Source of the DNA: a virus
DNA: 64,000 bases
Virus record (IMG/VR): IMGVR_UViG_3300024270_000061
Direction: 5' to 3' (one strand)
The first letter of the stretch is position 1; each line of letters starts with the position of its first letter. Below, one piece after another: positions 19,484-29,237 of the stretch. Position numbers and translations under genes: made by a program. The notes under the pieces are model-generated. The model saw nothing but the letters and a program-made list of their open reading frames with translations. It did not search any database and was not told the origin of the DNA.

Positions 19484-20015
19484 CGGAGCCCTCCTTGTCT
19501 TCCTTATTTGGAATCTCTTCTCTGGAACCGTATATATTAAGCGCCTCTCTCAAAAGGAGTTGAATGGCGCGTGCAACAGTAGTACGCCTGATTTCGTACC
19601 GTTCTCCATTCAAGTGGAGTGGCAAGGCGTAAGCATATTTACGGGTGGCAATGCCGACATAAACTGTACCCACGGGAATTTCGTCAGTTCCTCCGCCCGG
19701 CCCGGCCAAACCAGTGGCTGATACGCCAATATCTGCACCGGACTTTTTCTGGGCGCTTTGAGCCATTTCGATAGCTACCTTGGCACTGACAACATCGAAA
19801 TGTTTAATAATTTTCGGATCTATATCAAGAAGCGCCGTCTTCATTTCCGTCTGGTAGGTTACAAAGCCGCCGCGAATTACTTCGGATGCACCGGGAATAT
19901 CAACCAGAGTTGCAGCAATCAAGCCGCCGGTCAAACTTTCCGCAGTGACAACAGTGAGTTCGGACATCTTAAGCGCATCCACAGTCGTTTGCGCCAAGCA
20001 GTACAGATCAACCAT
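19467..20015 (-). CDS. pncC: CinA C-terminal domain / NMN deamidase (PncC-like)
   Basis: TAESLTGGLIAATLVDIPGASEVIRGGFVTYQTEMK signature. Confidence 0.75.
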   Translation of the reverse strand: MVDLYCLAQTTVDALKMSELTVVTAESLTGGLIAATLVDIPGASEVIRGGFVTYQTEMKTALLDIDPKIIKHFDVVSAKVAIEMAQSAQKKSGADIGVSATGLAGPGGGTDEIPVGTVYVGIATRKYAYALPLHLNGERYEIRRTTVARAIQLLLREALNIYGSREEIPNKEDKEGSDVGNE

Positions 20016-20035
20016 ATCAGAAAACCCTTTCTGAG

Positions 20036-21112
20036 TTACTCGTCGTGTTGGATCAAGAAGAGAGGGTCAACAGCCTTGAAACTCTTTCTGCCATCCTGAG
20101 AACGGAAAACAATACCCTCACGAAGAGTATCGTGTAGGCTACTCTTTCCGTGGGCATATTCAAGAACTTCATCAACCGTCTTAGGAAGCTGCACGGCTGT
20201 ATCGATAATGGGCACAAATTCAAGGCCATGCAGTCCAACTACAGTCTTGGCATAAAGAGAATCCAATCTTCCCTTCGGATAGATCAGGTTAAAGACGTAA
20301 AGACCAAAGTCTGGAACTTTGTACTTATTGCCTTGGATCTTCGGGCCGATGCACTCTCCCTGAATGGCAACCCATTCCCATTCGCCAATCATTCCTTTTA
20401 GAGCATCCTCGATATGGTATTTATCAGCTACTTGCCAATAAGAGGAATTATCTCTGACCGGAAGCTGACGATTGCGAGAGCAAACGATGAAATCAAACTT
20501 ATCCTTGCAGAAAGGCCATTTTGACTTCTTTCTTACCAAGGCAAAAGTACCAGACTGGCCATCGATCTTCTCGGTCGCAATCCACTTTTCATCAGATTCC
20601 AGTATAAAAGGAATGTTTTGTATGCGTGTCTCATCTGTCTTGCTCAAAAACGACGGGAAGCCTCCCGCCGTCTTTTTAGGCAAAACCAGATTGCGGAACC
20701 ATTTCATCCGCATGAGAAATCTCGGATACTTCCGAGCAGGCTTAGCTTCAGGAACAACAGGATCAACATCCATTGTTCCCTCATACTGTTTGACCCCAAT
20801 GAGCTCAGTGACATCTTGGTCGTTTTTGTATTCACCAGGAGGAAGGATGCTCATCGGGAAACAAATTCCCTGAGAGACGACGTTGCCCATCTTCATCGTC
20901 TTGATTCGGAAATTCTTGCTCCGCAGGAATTCGAATTCAGGTTTCTCAGGCAGAACAGAGTCAATCTCTATGTATACGCACTGATCGCCGATTTCGTAAT
21001 CGCCCTTGCGAACAATGACATGCCAGCCATCTACGGTGGCCAGAACGATGCGGTCTTTACCCTCGATGGGCTGAAGACCAGCAATCGTTTTAACGCTGGC
21101 AAGATTACGCAT
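20036..21112 (-). CDS. ATP-dependent RNA ligase of the DraRnl/Rnl5 type (N-terminal OB module plus C-terminal nucleotidyltransferase)
   Basis: Motif I ATEKIDGQSGTF (KxDG) lies near residue 183, after a roughly 170-aa N-terminal domain. Motif IV-like REGIVFR. 358 aa. Confidence 0.7.
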   Translation of the reverse strand: MRNLASVKTIAGLQPIEGKDRIVLATVDGWHVIVRKGDYEIGDQCVYIEIDSVLPEKPEFEFLRSKNFRIKTMKMGNVVSQGICFPMSILPPGEYKNDQDVTELIGVKQYEGTMDVDPVVPEAKPARKYPRFLMRMKWFRNLVLPKKTAGGFPSFLSKTDETRIQNIPFILESDEKWIATEKIDGQSGTFALVRKKSKWPFCKDKFDFIVCSRNRQLPVRDNSSYWQVADKYHIEDALKGMIGEWEWVAIQGECIGPKIQGNKYKVPDFGLYVFNLIYPKGRLDSLYAKTVVGLHGLEFVPIIDTAVQLPKTVDEVLEYAHGKSSLHDTLREGIVFRSQDGRKSFKAVDPLFLIQHDE

Positions 21113-21560
21113 CTTGCTCCACCGCCGTTTCGTCAGCCTTCTTGGCCTTCTTGACCGGCTCTGGCTGGACTACCTTTCGTGCGTCCATGTAGCGAATAGC
21201 CGCCTTTGAAGAACCGAAGAGACGCTTGAGTACAGCCGCAGCAAAACCGCCATACTCGTCGAATTCCTGACCGTCGATACAACCGACAGTCGTTTTCACG
21301 CCATCAGCCCATTCGATTGTGGTATGCTTGTTGTTGAAATAGATTTTCTTGATCTCGGGAATCGCTCTCACAGGAATACCGTGATAGATTCCAAAGATAC
21401 CGTTCGCTTCAGGAAGGCGCACCGGACGAGTCGGAAACATGTCTGAGAGAATTGCATTGAACAGCGCATCTCCCGCCTTCCTTGTGGCACTCGGGTCATA
21501 GCCCCTTTCGTTTGCTTGCATTCTGGTCTTTCCTTTCTTCTTGTTGAAGTATTTCATCAA
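21105..21560 (-). CDS. hypothetical protein (151 aa)
   Basis: ORF with a basic C-terminus. Confidence 0.45.
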   Translation of the reverse strand: MMKYFNKKKGKTRMQANERGYDPSATRKAGDALFNAILSDMFPTRPVRLPEANGIFGIYHGIPVRAIPEIKKIYFNNKHTTIEWADGVKTTVGCIDGQEFDEYGGFAAAVLKRLFGSSKAAIRYMDARKVVQPEPVKKAKKADETAVEQDA

Positions 21561-22071
21561 GTGTAACAGGCTCGTAGTTGCGAACCATGCAGCCTACATT
21601 GAACATGTTGCACTTAATATCAAGTTGCTGGAGCTCGAACTTGTGATTCTCGGTCATGTTCCACTCATGAGAATTATGAACGTGACCGTAGAGCATAAAG
21701 GCTCCATAATGGTGACGGTTGAAGAATACGATAGGATAATGACAAAGAATCACATGAACATTGCCGGGAAGATTGATTTCTTTGTAGAAGCAAATTTCCT
21801 CAAAGCAATCTTTGATCTTGCCATCAACCTTATCGTGGTTGCCCTGAATGAGAATCTTTCTGCCTCGAAGCTGAGAGAAGATTTCATAGGTCTTCTGGTC
21901 ATCATACCAGCTAATATCGCCCAGAATATAGACGGTATCTTCATCCGTCACTTTGTTATTCCAGCGTTCGATCAGTACCTTATCCATTTCTTCAACGCTC
22001 GTAAACGGGCGATTGTCGAAGCGAATAATATTCTTGTGACCGAAGTGGAGATCGGAAGTGAAGTAAATCAT
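21496..22071 (-). CDS. calcineurin-like metallophosphoesterase
   Basis: DLHFGH, GDISWYDD, GNHD and GHVH motifs. Confidence 0.7.
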   Translation of the reverse strand: MIYFTSDLHFGHKNIIRFDNRPFTSVEEMDKVLIERWNNKVTDEDTVYILGDISWYDDQKTYEIFSQLRGRKILIQGNHDKVDGKIKDCFEEICFYKEINLPGNVHVILCHYPIVFFNRHHYGAFMLYGHVHNSHEWNMTENHKFELQQLDIKCNMFNVGCMVRNYEPVTLDEILQQEERKDQNASKRKGL

Positions 22072-22397
22072 GAAACAGACCTTCTTTCGTCAGTAGTCGT
22101 CATGCCGACAACACAACCCTGTCCAGCACGAGTGAGGCCGGAAACAAGGGCATCAAGAACGTCCTGAGACTCATCGACAAGGTATTCTCTGTATGTATGG
22201 GTTCCGTAGAGCTTTCCGCCCAGAAGCTCGTTGGCAATGATCGGCGTCGGAATATAGTATCCGTAATGCCGTGCCATATCAAGGATGTGTCTTCTGTGAG
22301 ATTCGTTCACGCAGATGATGGGAGCGTTTCTGAACTCACTGATTGCAAGAAGTCTGGTGGTTTTACCACCGCCGCGCCGAAGAATCAGGTTTCTCAT
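22068..22397 (-). CDS. small P-loop NTPase-like protein
   Basis: Walker A RRGGGKTT. Confidence 0.45.
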   Translation of the reverse strand: MRNLILRRGGGKTTRLLAISEFRNAPIICVNESHRRHILDMARHYGYYIPTPIIANELLGGKLYGTHTYREYLVDESQDVLDALVSGLTRAGQGCVVGMTTTDERRSVS

Positions 22398-22612
22398 GTT
22401 GCCCTCCTATATGATGTTAGATCGAATAGCGCCTACACTGTGTTGACACCCAGGGCGTTACCCTGAGTTTCTGAAAGGTTTTTACCTTCTGCTCAAAATA
22501 GACTGTTAAAAGAAGCCCAAGGAGACTATCGCTATGCGTGTCTCTTTGGACTTCTAAGAACAGCCGTCGAGTTGGCCAGTACCAAAGTTTCATGGTTCTA
22601 CCTCAAATATGG

Positions 22613-22642
22613 GTACAAAAAAGCAGCGGTGTGTGCCGCTGC
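22613..22642 (-). terminator. Rho-independent terminator
   Basis: Stem GCAGCGG/CCGCTGC with loop TGTGTG, followed on the minus strand by TTTTTTGT. Confidence 0.65.
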
Positions 22643-22655
22643 TTCGGTGGTGAGT

Positions 22656-23693
22656 TTAACTGAAAACGCTCTTCCAGTTATCGTAGTCCTGTTCCATGTC
22701 TCGGATCAGGATATTGAGGAGCTTTCGCTCGGTGTAGTTGCGGGAAAAGTTTGATGCCTTAGCATTCCGTCTTTCATCAAGGACAATATCGCTGAAATTC
22801 GGAGGAATACCCATTCGTTCGCGTTCGTATGTTCGGTAGAAAACACCGGACATGTAGACATGTTTGAAGGTCAGCTTTAGGCTGAGCTCAACTGGAACTT
22901 CGATGCCTTGATCTGCAAACTTGTCGAACGCCGCCTTAAAGGCTCGACTGATCGTGGGACGAAAAGTAAGGTCAACGGCCTCTGCAAGAGTCCGCTTGCT
23001 CTCTTTTCCTCGGAGGATTTCTTTTCCCGCAGCTCGCGGCTTCTTTATCCCTTTCTTGCCACGAGGCTCTTCAAATTCTGTAAGTCCAACCGCTTTTCGT
23101 AAATCTTGCACTGCTTCCGGATAGATGAGGAGATATTTCTTTTTCTCCTTCTTTTCTGAATCCTGCTCAACCTTCGGGAATAGGTTCGGGTCTTGAAAAT
23201 ATGTCAGGTGCATTTTATCAAAATCCAGATGATCCGCTGTGACCTTAATAGCTTCAGACGATTGAAGACCCATGAAGCCAAGCCACAAAAATGAACGATA
23301 GATATACTCTATCTCGTTCTTATCCGGGTTAGGGAAGGCTTCATTCAGAGACTTCAATAGATGTTCCGGGGATGCAACGTAACTCTCGCGGAGTTTGTCG
23401 TGAACGTCAATCCGCAGTTCCTGGATGGCTTTAGTGGCCGGATAGCCATTGGCCACGCACCATCTGACATATGCTTTCAGGATCATCAAGATGGAGCTTG
23501 CTCCATTCACCTTGGTTCCAGAGACACAGCTGAACGTCTCCTGAGCCTGTTCGGCATCCATCTCATAGAAGTCCTTGCCGTACCGCTCCTCAATATCCTT
23601 AGTGCCGTCGAAGATGTGCCGGAGCAGCTTTTTTGTCTGTTTGCTGTCCGTGTACTTCTCGATGAAGGCTAACTTGACTTGCTCGTTATACAT
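22656..23693 (-). CDS. integrase-like protein (phage-integrase SAM-like N-terminal domain; divergent catalytic region)
   Basis: N-terminal domain resembles Phage_int_SAM. The C-terminus has R...KH...Y candidates but not the canonical boxes. GAGGAGGAG RBS. Confidence 0.4.
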   Translation of the reverse strand: MYNEQVKLAFIEKYTDSKQTKKLLRHIFDGTKDIEERYGKDFYEMDAEQAQETFSCVSGTKVNGASSILMILKAYVRWCVANGYPATKAIQELRIDVHDKLRESYVASPEHLLKSLNEAFPNPDKNEIEYIYRSFLWLGFMGLQSSEAIKVTADHLDFDKMHLTYFQDPNLFPKVEQDSEKKEKKKYLLIYPEAVQDLRKAVGLTEFEEPRGKKGIKKPRAAGKEILRGKESKRTLAEAVDLTFRPTISRAFKAAFDKFADQGIEVPVELSLKLTFKHVYMSGVFYRTYERERMGIPPNFSDIVLDERRNAKASNFSRNYTERKLLNILIRDMEQDYDNWKSVFS

Positions 23694-23706
23694 CCGTGAC
23701 TCCTCC

Positions 23707-24144
23707 TCATGCCGCCATGCTGAGCTTGGCAGATTTTCTCTTAATCTCCTGAAACGATTCTTGATCGAGAAGATCCAGAGCGGATGTGGCGAGGAGGCTG
23801 GCGATAGCGATCTTGGCCATGTATTCCTTGGGGAGCTTCGTAATGTAGACGCCGAGCTTATCCTTGGAAACCGATACGGGGTTCTCGCAAATCACCATAC
23901 TATCCCGACGCAACCCGGTATCCTCCGCCTTTACGACCACATGGGTCGGCATATCCATCCTTTTAAGATTGGACGTTAGCGGGAGAACGATGACGTTAGG
24001 GCTATACGCATTGCCGACGTTGTTCTGGAAAATGACAGCAGGCCGCCAACCGGATTGCTCGCTGCCAGTTCCTTCGAAGCGACAGTTATAGACCTCGCCC
24101 CACTTCGGAGCAGGGGCTACTCTCTTGGCGTTGTTGGCTTCCAT
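23707..24144 (-). CDS. MazF/PemK/Kid-family endoribonuclease toxin homologue with a C-terminal extension
   Basis: GEVYNCRF..GSEQSGWRPAVIFQNNVGNAYSPNVIVLPLTSNL...RDSMVICENPVSVSKDKL follows the MazF/PemK pattern; about 35 extra C-terminal residues. Confidence 0.7.
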   Translation of the reverse strand: MEANNAKRVAPAPKWGEVYNCRFEGTGSEQSGWRPAVIFQNNVGNAYSPNVIVLPLTSNLKRMDMPTHVVVKAEDTGLRRDSMVICENPVSVSKDKLGVYITKLPKEYMAKIAIASLLATSALDLLDQESFQEIKRKSAKLSMAA

Positions 24145-24189
24145 GGCTTCTTGACCTCGTTTCTGGATATTTATTCTTGATCGACGAGT

Positions 24190-24220
24190 TCACAATACCA
24201 TAAAAAGTCGGACTTGTCAA
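24190..24220 (-). promoter_or_regulatory. sigma70-like promoter upstream of the MazF-like gene
   Basis: Minus strand: TTGACA, 17-nt spacer, TGgTATTGT (extended -10). RBS GAGGT precedes the ATG at 24144. Confidence 0.5.
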
Positions 24221-24280
24221 GAGGGTTTTCTGCAAATAGGCGGACTTCGGGTGAGCAAAAGGATAAATTTTACGAGATAT

Positions 24281-24634
24281 TTACTGTTGCGGGCAGTCGA
24301 AGTGAACGGTGACGCAGGTTCGAAGCTCATCATTGTCACCGCAGATGATGTTGTAATGGTCGCCTTCGAGCTCAATAGACTGAATCTGAGTGAGCTGCAT
24401 CCTATTGATGCCATCGGTAAACAAAATGACCGCCGGGAACTCTTCCACAGCGATCACTTCGGAGATATGTAACGTTGCCTGCACCGGCAACGCTTTGTCT
24501 TCTTCGCCAAGAGAGGCGTAGCGACAAGTTCGTGATGCAATATCACGCTTAAAATCATTGATGGTCATGATCGGCCTCCTTGTGAGCCTTGAAGATGTAC
24601 TTTGGATAATCGAAGAAAGAGCCTTCTTTGCCAA
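24281..24634 (-). CDS. hypothetical protein
   Basis: ORF; no antitoxin-like fold recognisable. Confidence 0.4.
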   Translation of the reverse strand: MAKKALSSIIQSTSSRLTRRPIMTINDFKRDIASRTCRYASLGEEDKALPVQATLHISEVIAVEEFPAVILFTDGINRMQLTQIQSIELEGDHYNIICGDNDELRTCVTVHFDCPQQ

Positions 24635-25709
24635 TTGCTTTCCCTACACTGTTAAGTCCATTCCAGAGCGCAACGAAGTTATACTTTTGCGGCTGACAGG
24701 CAAAGTCCTTATCAAGTAAACCATTATAGGTTTTTAGCAACGCTGGGAAAATCTCCTCACTTGACAGATTGCGTTTTTCTCGAATAGCAGGGAGGCAAGT
24801 TACTTGAAATTCCTCGACTTTCAGCCATTCGTCTTGCTCTTTTCTTGCCATGGGAATCTGTGCCAGAACATGAACTATCTTTGGCAGGAGAGAAACCCTA
24901 ACTGCAATAACGTCATCCTGCATCCAGTGCAATGTCCAGTCGGATGATTTGTTATATGACTCCAGCATAATCGGATATAGTGTTTCCTCCGTAAGAGGAA
25001 TAGATTTGTCGATCATTCCTCTAACTTTTCTGAAAAATTTAGGTTGATTAAGCCATTGAAGTTTGATCTTTACAGCAAGCTGTTCTACGGCTTTACGGAA
25101 AACTTCAGTATAGCTGATTACTTCCGATTCTTCAGAATTGTTGGCGGACAGTTCAAAGAATTTCATTTCCGATAATTCCCTATCTCCAAATATGCGCTTC
25201 CGTTCTTGCGAATGGATGCCATTCTTTGAATAATAAATCCAAGCAGCTTGCATATCTCTGAAATGATTTGCATCCAGCGGAGGCGTTGTCGTATTTGCTT
25301 CAGCTTTGCGTAGCATTACACGATATTCCAGTTGCTGTTGACTTGGCTCTTCTGTATAGAGAATATCGTCAATGAATTCAGTCATCTGAGAAAGAGTTGG
25401 CATAGGTAAGTCATTTCGAATGATTCGAATTTCGAACAGTTCTTCTTGCCTTGCTTGTTGCCGCTTTTTTGCTTGTTTATTGCTTGCAAAAGCCCAAATA
25501 GGAATGCTAAAAACTCCTACAAAAGCTAAAATGCCAGCAAGCTCCTCAGAAAAGTTTGCAATGGTGGCAAATAGAGTAACAAAAAACACAACAAAAAAGA
25601 CGCAGCCGATGCCTCCCAGTTTTCCTAAGTTGAATTCCTCTTCGCCGATTTTGTAAACAACGTACAAGACGCCGAGAACAACCCATCCAATACCAGCTAA
25701 GATACCCAC
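24555..25709 (-). CDS. membrane protein (two or more N-terminal TM helices)
   Basis: ILAGIGWVVLGVLYVVY and LGGIGCVFFVVFFVTLFATI helices; the rest is unknown. Confidence 0.5.
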   Translation of the reverse strand: MGILAGIGWVVLGVLYVVYKIGEEEFNLGKLGGIGCVFFVVFFVTLFATIANFSEELAGILAFVGVFSIPIWAFASNKQAKKRQQARQEELFEIRIIRNDLPMPTLSQMTEFIDDILYTEEPSQQQLEYRVMLRKAEANTTTPPLDANHFRDMQAAWIYYSKNGIHSQERKRIFGDRELSEMKFFELSANNSEESEVISYTEVFRKAVEQLAVKIKLQWLNQPKFFRKVRGMIDKSIPLTEETLYPIMLESYNKSSDWTLHWMQDDVIAVRVSLLPKIVHVLAQIPMARKEQDEWLKVEEFQVTCLPAIREKRNLSSEEIFPALLKTYNGLLDKDFACQPQKYNFVALWNGLNSVGKAIGKEGSFFDYPKYIFKAHKEADHDHQ

Positions 25710-25725
25710 CTCTCACGCACCAACC

Positions 25726-25959
25726 TTATCCACTTCGTGCGCAGTCAATGTGTTCCATAGCATCGTTGATGGAATCGATGGCCGTCTGGAGTTCATCGAT
25801 GGCTTCTTCCATTATCTCTCCTCGTTCGCTACTTTGGAGATTTTCAGGAAGATTATCAAAACTATCTTGCTCTTCATCCTTGGCACGTTCCACGATAGAA
25901 ACGGCTCTGCCAAGGAGCGAATGAGCTTCTGATAATCTTGCTCGTCTTTGCTTATTCAC
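25726..25959 (-). CDS. hypothetical small helical protein
   Basis: ORF. Confidence 0.35.
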   Translation of the reverse strand: MNKQRRARLSEAHSLLGRAVSIVERAKDEEQDSFDNLPENLQSSERGEIMEEAIDELQTAIDSINDAMEHIDCARSG

Positions 25960-26003
25960 TCATTGCCGCACCTACCTAATTATAGAATATATCGGCTGGA
26001 AAA

Positions 26004-26666
26004 TCAACCCATCGAAATGACGAGTTTGTGTTCCAGAAGGTAGGAGCTCTTCTCGACTTTGGTTACGACAACAGGAGACGGGCCGAACTTGGTGTCCGCA
26101 ATGACGGTAGAACCTGCCCGAACGAACTCATACAGGTCGTAAGGAACACGCCAAGAGAATTCCTGCCCATCAGCGCTGTGCTTGCCATAGGCATACAGGA
26201 AATACGGCTCGTGCATCTCTTGGATTTTGCGAAGCTCATCAATTTGCTTGGTGAGAATCTTGACCTGCTCCTCATGGTGTTGCATCTTCCTCTGAACACA
26301 CTCCAGATTATGCAAAGCGGCTTTGCGAGACAACTGGAGAGCACCAACTTTAGACTCGATGCAAACCTTGGCCGCCAACATATCTGTCTTAGGCGAAACG
26401 CTTAGAACGGACGGCTGGATATTTGCTGGAATAACACAGACAACATAGAAAGGCTTCGTTGGATCTTCGTTGCGCTGAGATTCATCGACCATCGAAGGCT
26501 CAATGGTCATTTCGCTGACACGATTCTGATCGACAAGATGGAACTTCGTCTTTCCATCACTGCCCTTGAGCTTGAGGAACCAGCCACCATCCTTGCCGAG
26601 GAGTTCAGAAAAAGCGGGATCTCGGTTCTCGTGAACCTGAATCTTACAAAGCTGACCTTGGTACAT
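26004..26666 (-). CDS. hypothetical protein (220 aa)
   Basis: ORF. Confidence 0.5.
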   Translation of the reverse strand: MYQGQLCKIQVHENRDPAFSELLGKDGGWFLKLKGSDGKTKFHLVDQNRVSEMTIEPSMVDESQRNEDPTKPFYVVCVIPANIQPSVLSVSPKTDMLAAKVCIESKVGALQLSRKAALHNLECVQRKMQHHEEQVKILTKQIDELRKIQEMHEPYFLYAYGKHSADGQEFSWRVPYDLYEFVRAGSTVIADTKFGPSPVVVTKVEKSSYLLEHKLVISMG

Positions 26667-26707
26667 GACTACATCTCCTTATCTTCTTATAGGTATTGGG
26701 CTGAAAA

Positions 26708-27126
26708 CGAACCGCCCTTTTCAAGGCTGATAGATGGAACAAGGAACATTACCCGAAACATTAAATACATACAGAATTTGTTCTTTCAAACAAGTGCTTA
26801 CGAAGCGATGAGTGAATTGTGAATGACGATTCTGACGAAATCATGTCGATAGAGCGATAGTCCGATTGATGACACTGGCGAAAGCGACTATAGATGAGCG
26901 AAAACTTTAATTAGACGTAATCAGCGTCTCTTCTATTGTTACTTGAAGTCAACTTAGTGGTGTTGACAGCCAGCGGAAAACCGCAGATGCGATCAGCGCT
27001 CTGCCCCGAAACCAACGGCTTCTGGTCACACTGCTGATTGCGAACTCGCAGGCCATACTTCGCTGCGAAAGAAGTGGTAATATCTGTTGTCCCATTTTGT
27101 TTATCAGCCCTGAAGAGGGCGGTTCG
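26708..27126. repeat. 25-bp imperfect inverted repeats (26708-26732 and 27102-27126) flanking a 370-bp non-coding segment
   Basis: cgaaccgcccttttcaaggctgata versus the reverse complement of tatcagccctgaagagggcggttcg: 23 of 25 positions identical. Confidence 0.8.
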
Positions 27127-27137
27127 AAATTCATGGG

Positions 27138-27785
27138 TTAAACGGCGTGGCGTTCAATTTTCTTTTGTGCCGCAAAAGCCTCCAGGGCATCTTCGACAGA
27201 ATCAGAAACATTGAAGGACGGGAAGAAATCCACATTGACATCAATCATGCAGCGGTCAAGTGCAGAGGAAGCCTCGTCTGCTTCTCTGGCAAGATTTTTT
27301 GCCAGTCTCTTAACACCGTTGCGATCAAAGTCGATAGTGGTAATTTCCTTGATGTCGTAGAAGTAACGCACCTGATCGCCTGTTGCATTGAATTTGAAGT
27401 CGCTGCCCTGAGTTTTACATTCAGATGGCTTGATGGCGCAAACATGCTCCAGAGTTGCAGCCATACCTCGACGCAGTGAGTTATGTGCGGCTTCTGCATC
27501 AATATCAATGGCGCAACCTGCCTTGGCCTTGCCAATAGCAATGGCAAGTGCGTGCTTTTCTTCCATGACAGCCTTCATGAACTCAATGATAGTGCCATTG
27601 CTCTGAGCGTATGCTCTTTCCTTAGTGGCATCCACAGTCTCATCCTGAGCTTCTGGATTCGCACTCTTTCGAAGATGTTCCTGTTTGACGCAAACCAGGT
27701 TACGTCTGTCGTTGAGGTACGCGGAGATCGAGGTGAACAGCATAGCCAAGTAGTTCTGGTATCGGAAGGATTCCTTGAGATTCAT
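27138..27785 (-). CDS. hypothetical protein (215 aa)
   Basis: ORF. Confidence 0.5.
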   Translation of the reverse strand: MNLKESFRYQNYLAMLFTSISAYLNDRRNLVCVKQEHLRKSANPEAQDETVDATKERAYAQSNGTIIEFMKAVMEEKHALAIAIGKAKAGCAIDIDAEAAHNSLRRGMAATLEHVCAIKPSECKTQGSDFKFNATGDQVRYFYDIKEITTIDFDRNGVKRLAKNLAREADEASSALDRCMIDVNVDFFPSFNVSDSVEDALEAFAAQKKIERHAV

Positions 27786-27791
27786 GCGTTT

Positions 27792-28280
27792 TCATTCCTT
27801 TCTTTCGGTATTCATCAGCATATCCACAGCATATTGTATATGCTTGGTTTCCAAACCCCACCCATAGAATGAAGTGTGAACTAAATGTGGAAGATGCACA
27901 TTCATATCACTATCGTCATCGAGAATGACGTAGGATTCAACGGAAATATCCCTATGGTGATTAAACCATGCGGAAATATCATCGCCGCGTTCCTTGCCCG
28001 TATAGGGTGTATCGGAGTGAATGGACAGCCCGTATTCAGCAAGCTGCTGGACGAGGTGAGCCCTTGCTTTCGGGATTTTTCTCCATGATGAAGATAGAAC
28101 AATCGTCGCGCCTGTCGCACTAACGATTTGCTTTAGGCAGGCAATCGCTCGTTTATCCAAGATGTCTTCGTAGAAAACGCGGACGCCTTGCTCGCTAAAC
28201 ATCTTTTCGGCAAACGAATTACTGTTCAACACACCGTCAACGTCCAGAAAAATCACGCGCATGTCTGACCCTCCACACAT
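27792..28280 (-). CDS. HAD-family phosphatase
   Basis: VIFLDVDGVLNS (DxDG) and ILDDD motifs. Confidence 0.6.
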   Translation of the reverse strand: MCGGSDMRVIFLDVDGVLNSNSFAEKMFSEQGVRVFYEDILDKRAIACLKQIVSATGATIVLSSSWRKIPKARAHLVQQLAEYGLSIHSDTPYTGKERGDDISAWFNHHRDISVESYVILDDDSDMNVHLPHLVHTSFYGWGLETKHIQYAVDMLMNTERKE

Positions 28281-28466
28281 TCCTGCGGCAATGTGAAAGT
28301 CGGTTTCCAGATAGCGACAATCGTTCTGGATTTCTGATCCACAAAACCGATGCCACCATCGTAGAGTGTCATATTCAAGTCATGCTTAGCACACGCAGCC
28401 TGAATATCTGCTACCAAAGCGGAGACTTTTTTCTGGATTTCAGTTGTTTCCATAGCTATAACCCCC

Positions 28467-29237
28467 TCAATCGATGGTTTTCAGACCCGGATCGTAACTT
28501 GGCGGCATCGAGAGCTTGAAAAGGTTGGCTCGATGCAAACGGTCAATTCGGTTCTTTGTAATCTGGCTTTCGCATTTACCAGTACGGATATAGGTATCCA
28601 GCTCGGCATAGGTAAAACCAAGGTTATCCTCGTCCGTCTTTCCACAGAGTCCGTCACTGGGAACCTTGTCTACCAGCTCAGGCGGCAAACCGCATTCGTA
28701 GCCAACCGCCTTTACCTCTTCAACAGTGAGCTTCGCCAGAGGGCAGAAGTCTCCGGCGCTATCACCGTAGCGTGTAGAGTAACCTACCCAATCCTCCGAC
28801 AGATTGCAAGTGTTGGCTACTCGGCCATTCAAGGACTGAGACACAGCATACAGCGTAGCCATTCGGATTCGAGGAGGCAGATTCACCATTGTCTGGTCAC
28901 TCAACGTGATACCAGCGCCTCCAATAGCATTGAGTACGTCACTCACAGCCAAGGTGACAGGCACCATAAAGTGCTTAATTCCCAGGTGTTCGCAGAGTTT
29001 GAAGCTATCATCGATGTCCAGCTGCGCCAGATTTGGCATCAGGACGCCAATGACCCGCTCTCCTCCGAGGGCTTCCTTGCACAAAGTAGCAACGATATTG
29101 CTATCCTTGCCTCCAGAAATGCCGATGACAGCATTGCAGTCTTTGCCATTGGATTCAAACCACTCTCGAATCCACTGTACAATTTCTTCTTTTATTTTCT
29201 TGGCATCAAACTTGTTCATGTTTACCCCATACTTCAT
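28467..29237 (-). CDS. nadE: NH3-dependent NAD+ synthetase
   Basis: PP-loop GISGGKDS and NadE-like layout; 256 aa. Confidence 0.85.
   Translation of the reverse strand: MKYGVNMNKFDAKKIKEEIVQWIREWFESNGKDCNAVIGISGGKDSNIVATLCKEALGGERVIGVLMPNLAQLDIDDSFKLCEHLGIKHFMVPVTLAVSDVLNAIGGAGITLSDQTMVNLPPRIRMATLYAVSQSLNGRVANTCNLSEDWVGYSTRYGDSAGDFCPLAKLTVEEVKAVGYECGLPPELVDKVPSDGLCGKTDEDNLGFTYAELDTYIRTGKCESQITKNRIDRLHRANLFKLSMPPSYDPGLKTID

Noticed and set aside
22656-23693. Calling the 345-aa protein a functional tyrosine integrase, with lysogeny implied
   Set aside because: Only the N-terminal SAM-like domain is convincing. The canonical R-K-H-R-H-Y boxes are not evident, so it is kept as integrase-like at low confidence.
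24281-24634. Upstream ORF as the MazE-type antitoxin of the MazF-like gene
   Set aside because: It is separated by a 136-nt intergenic region containing the toxin's own promoter, is larger than typical antitoxins, and lacks an RHH/AbrB/MazE-like N-terminus.
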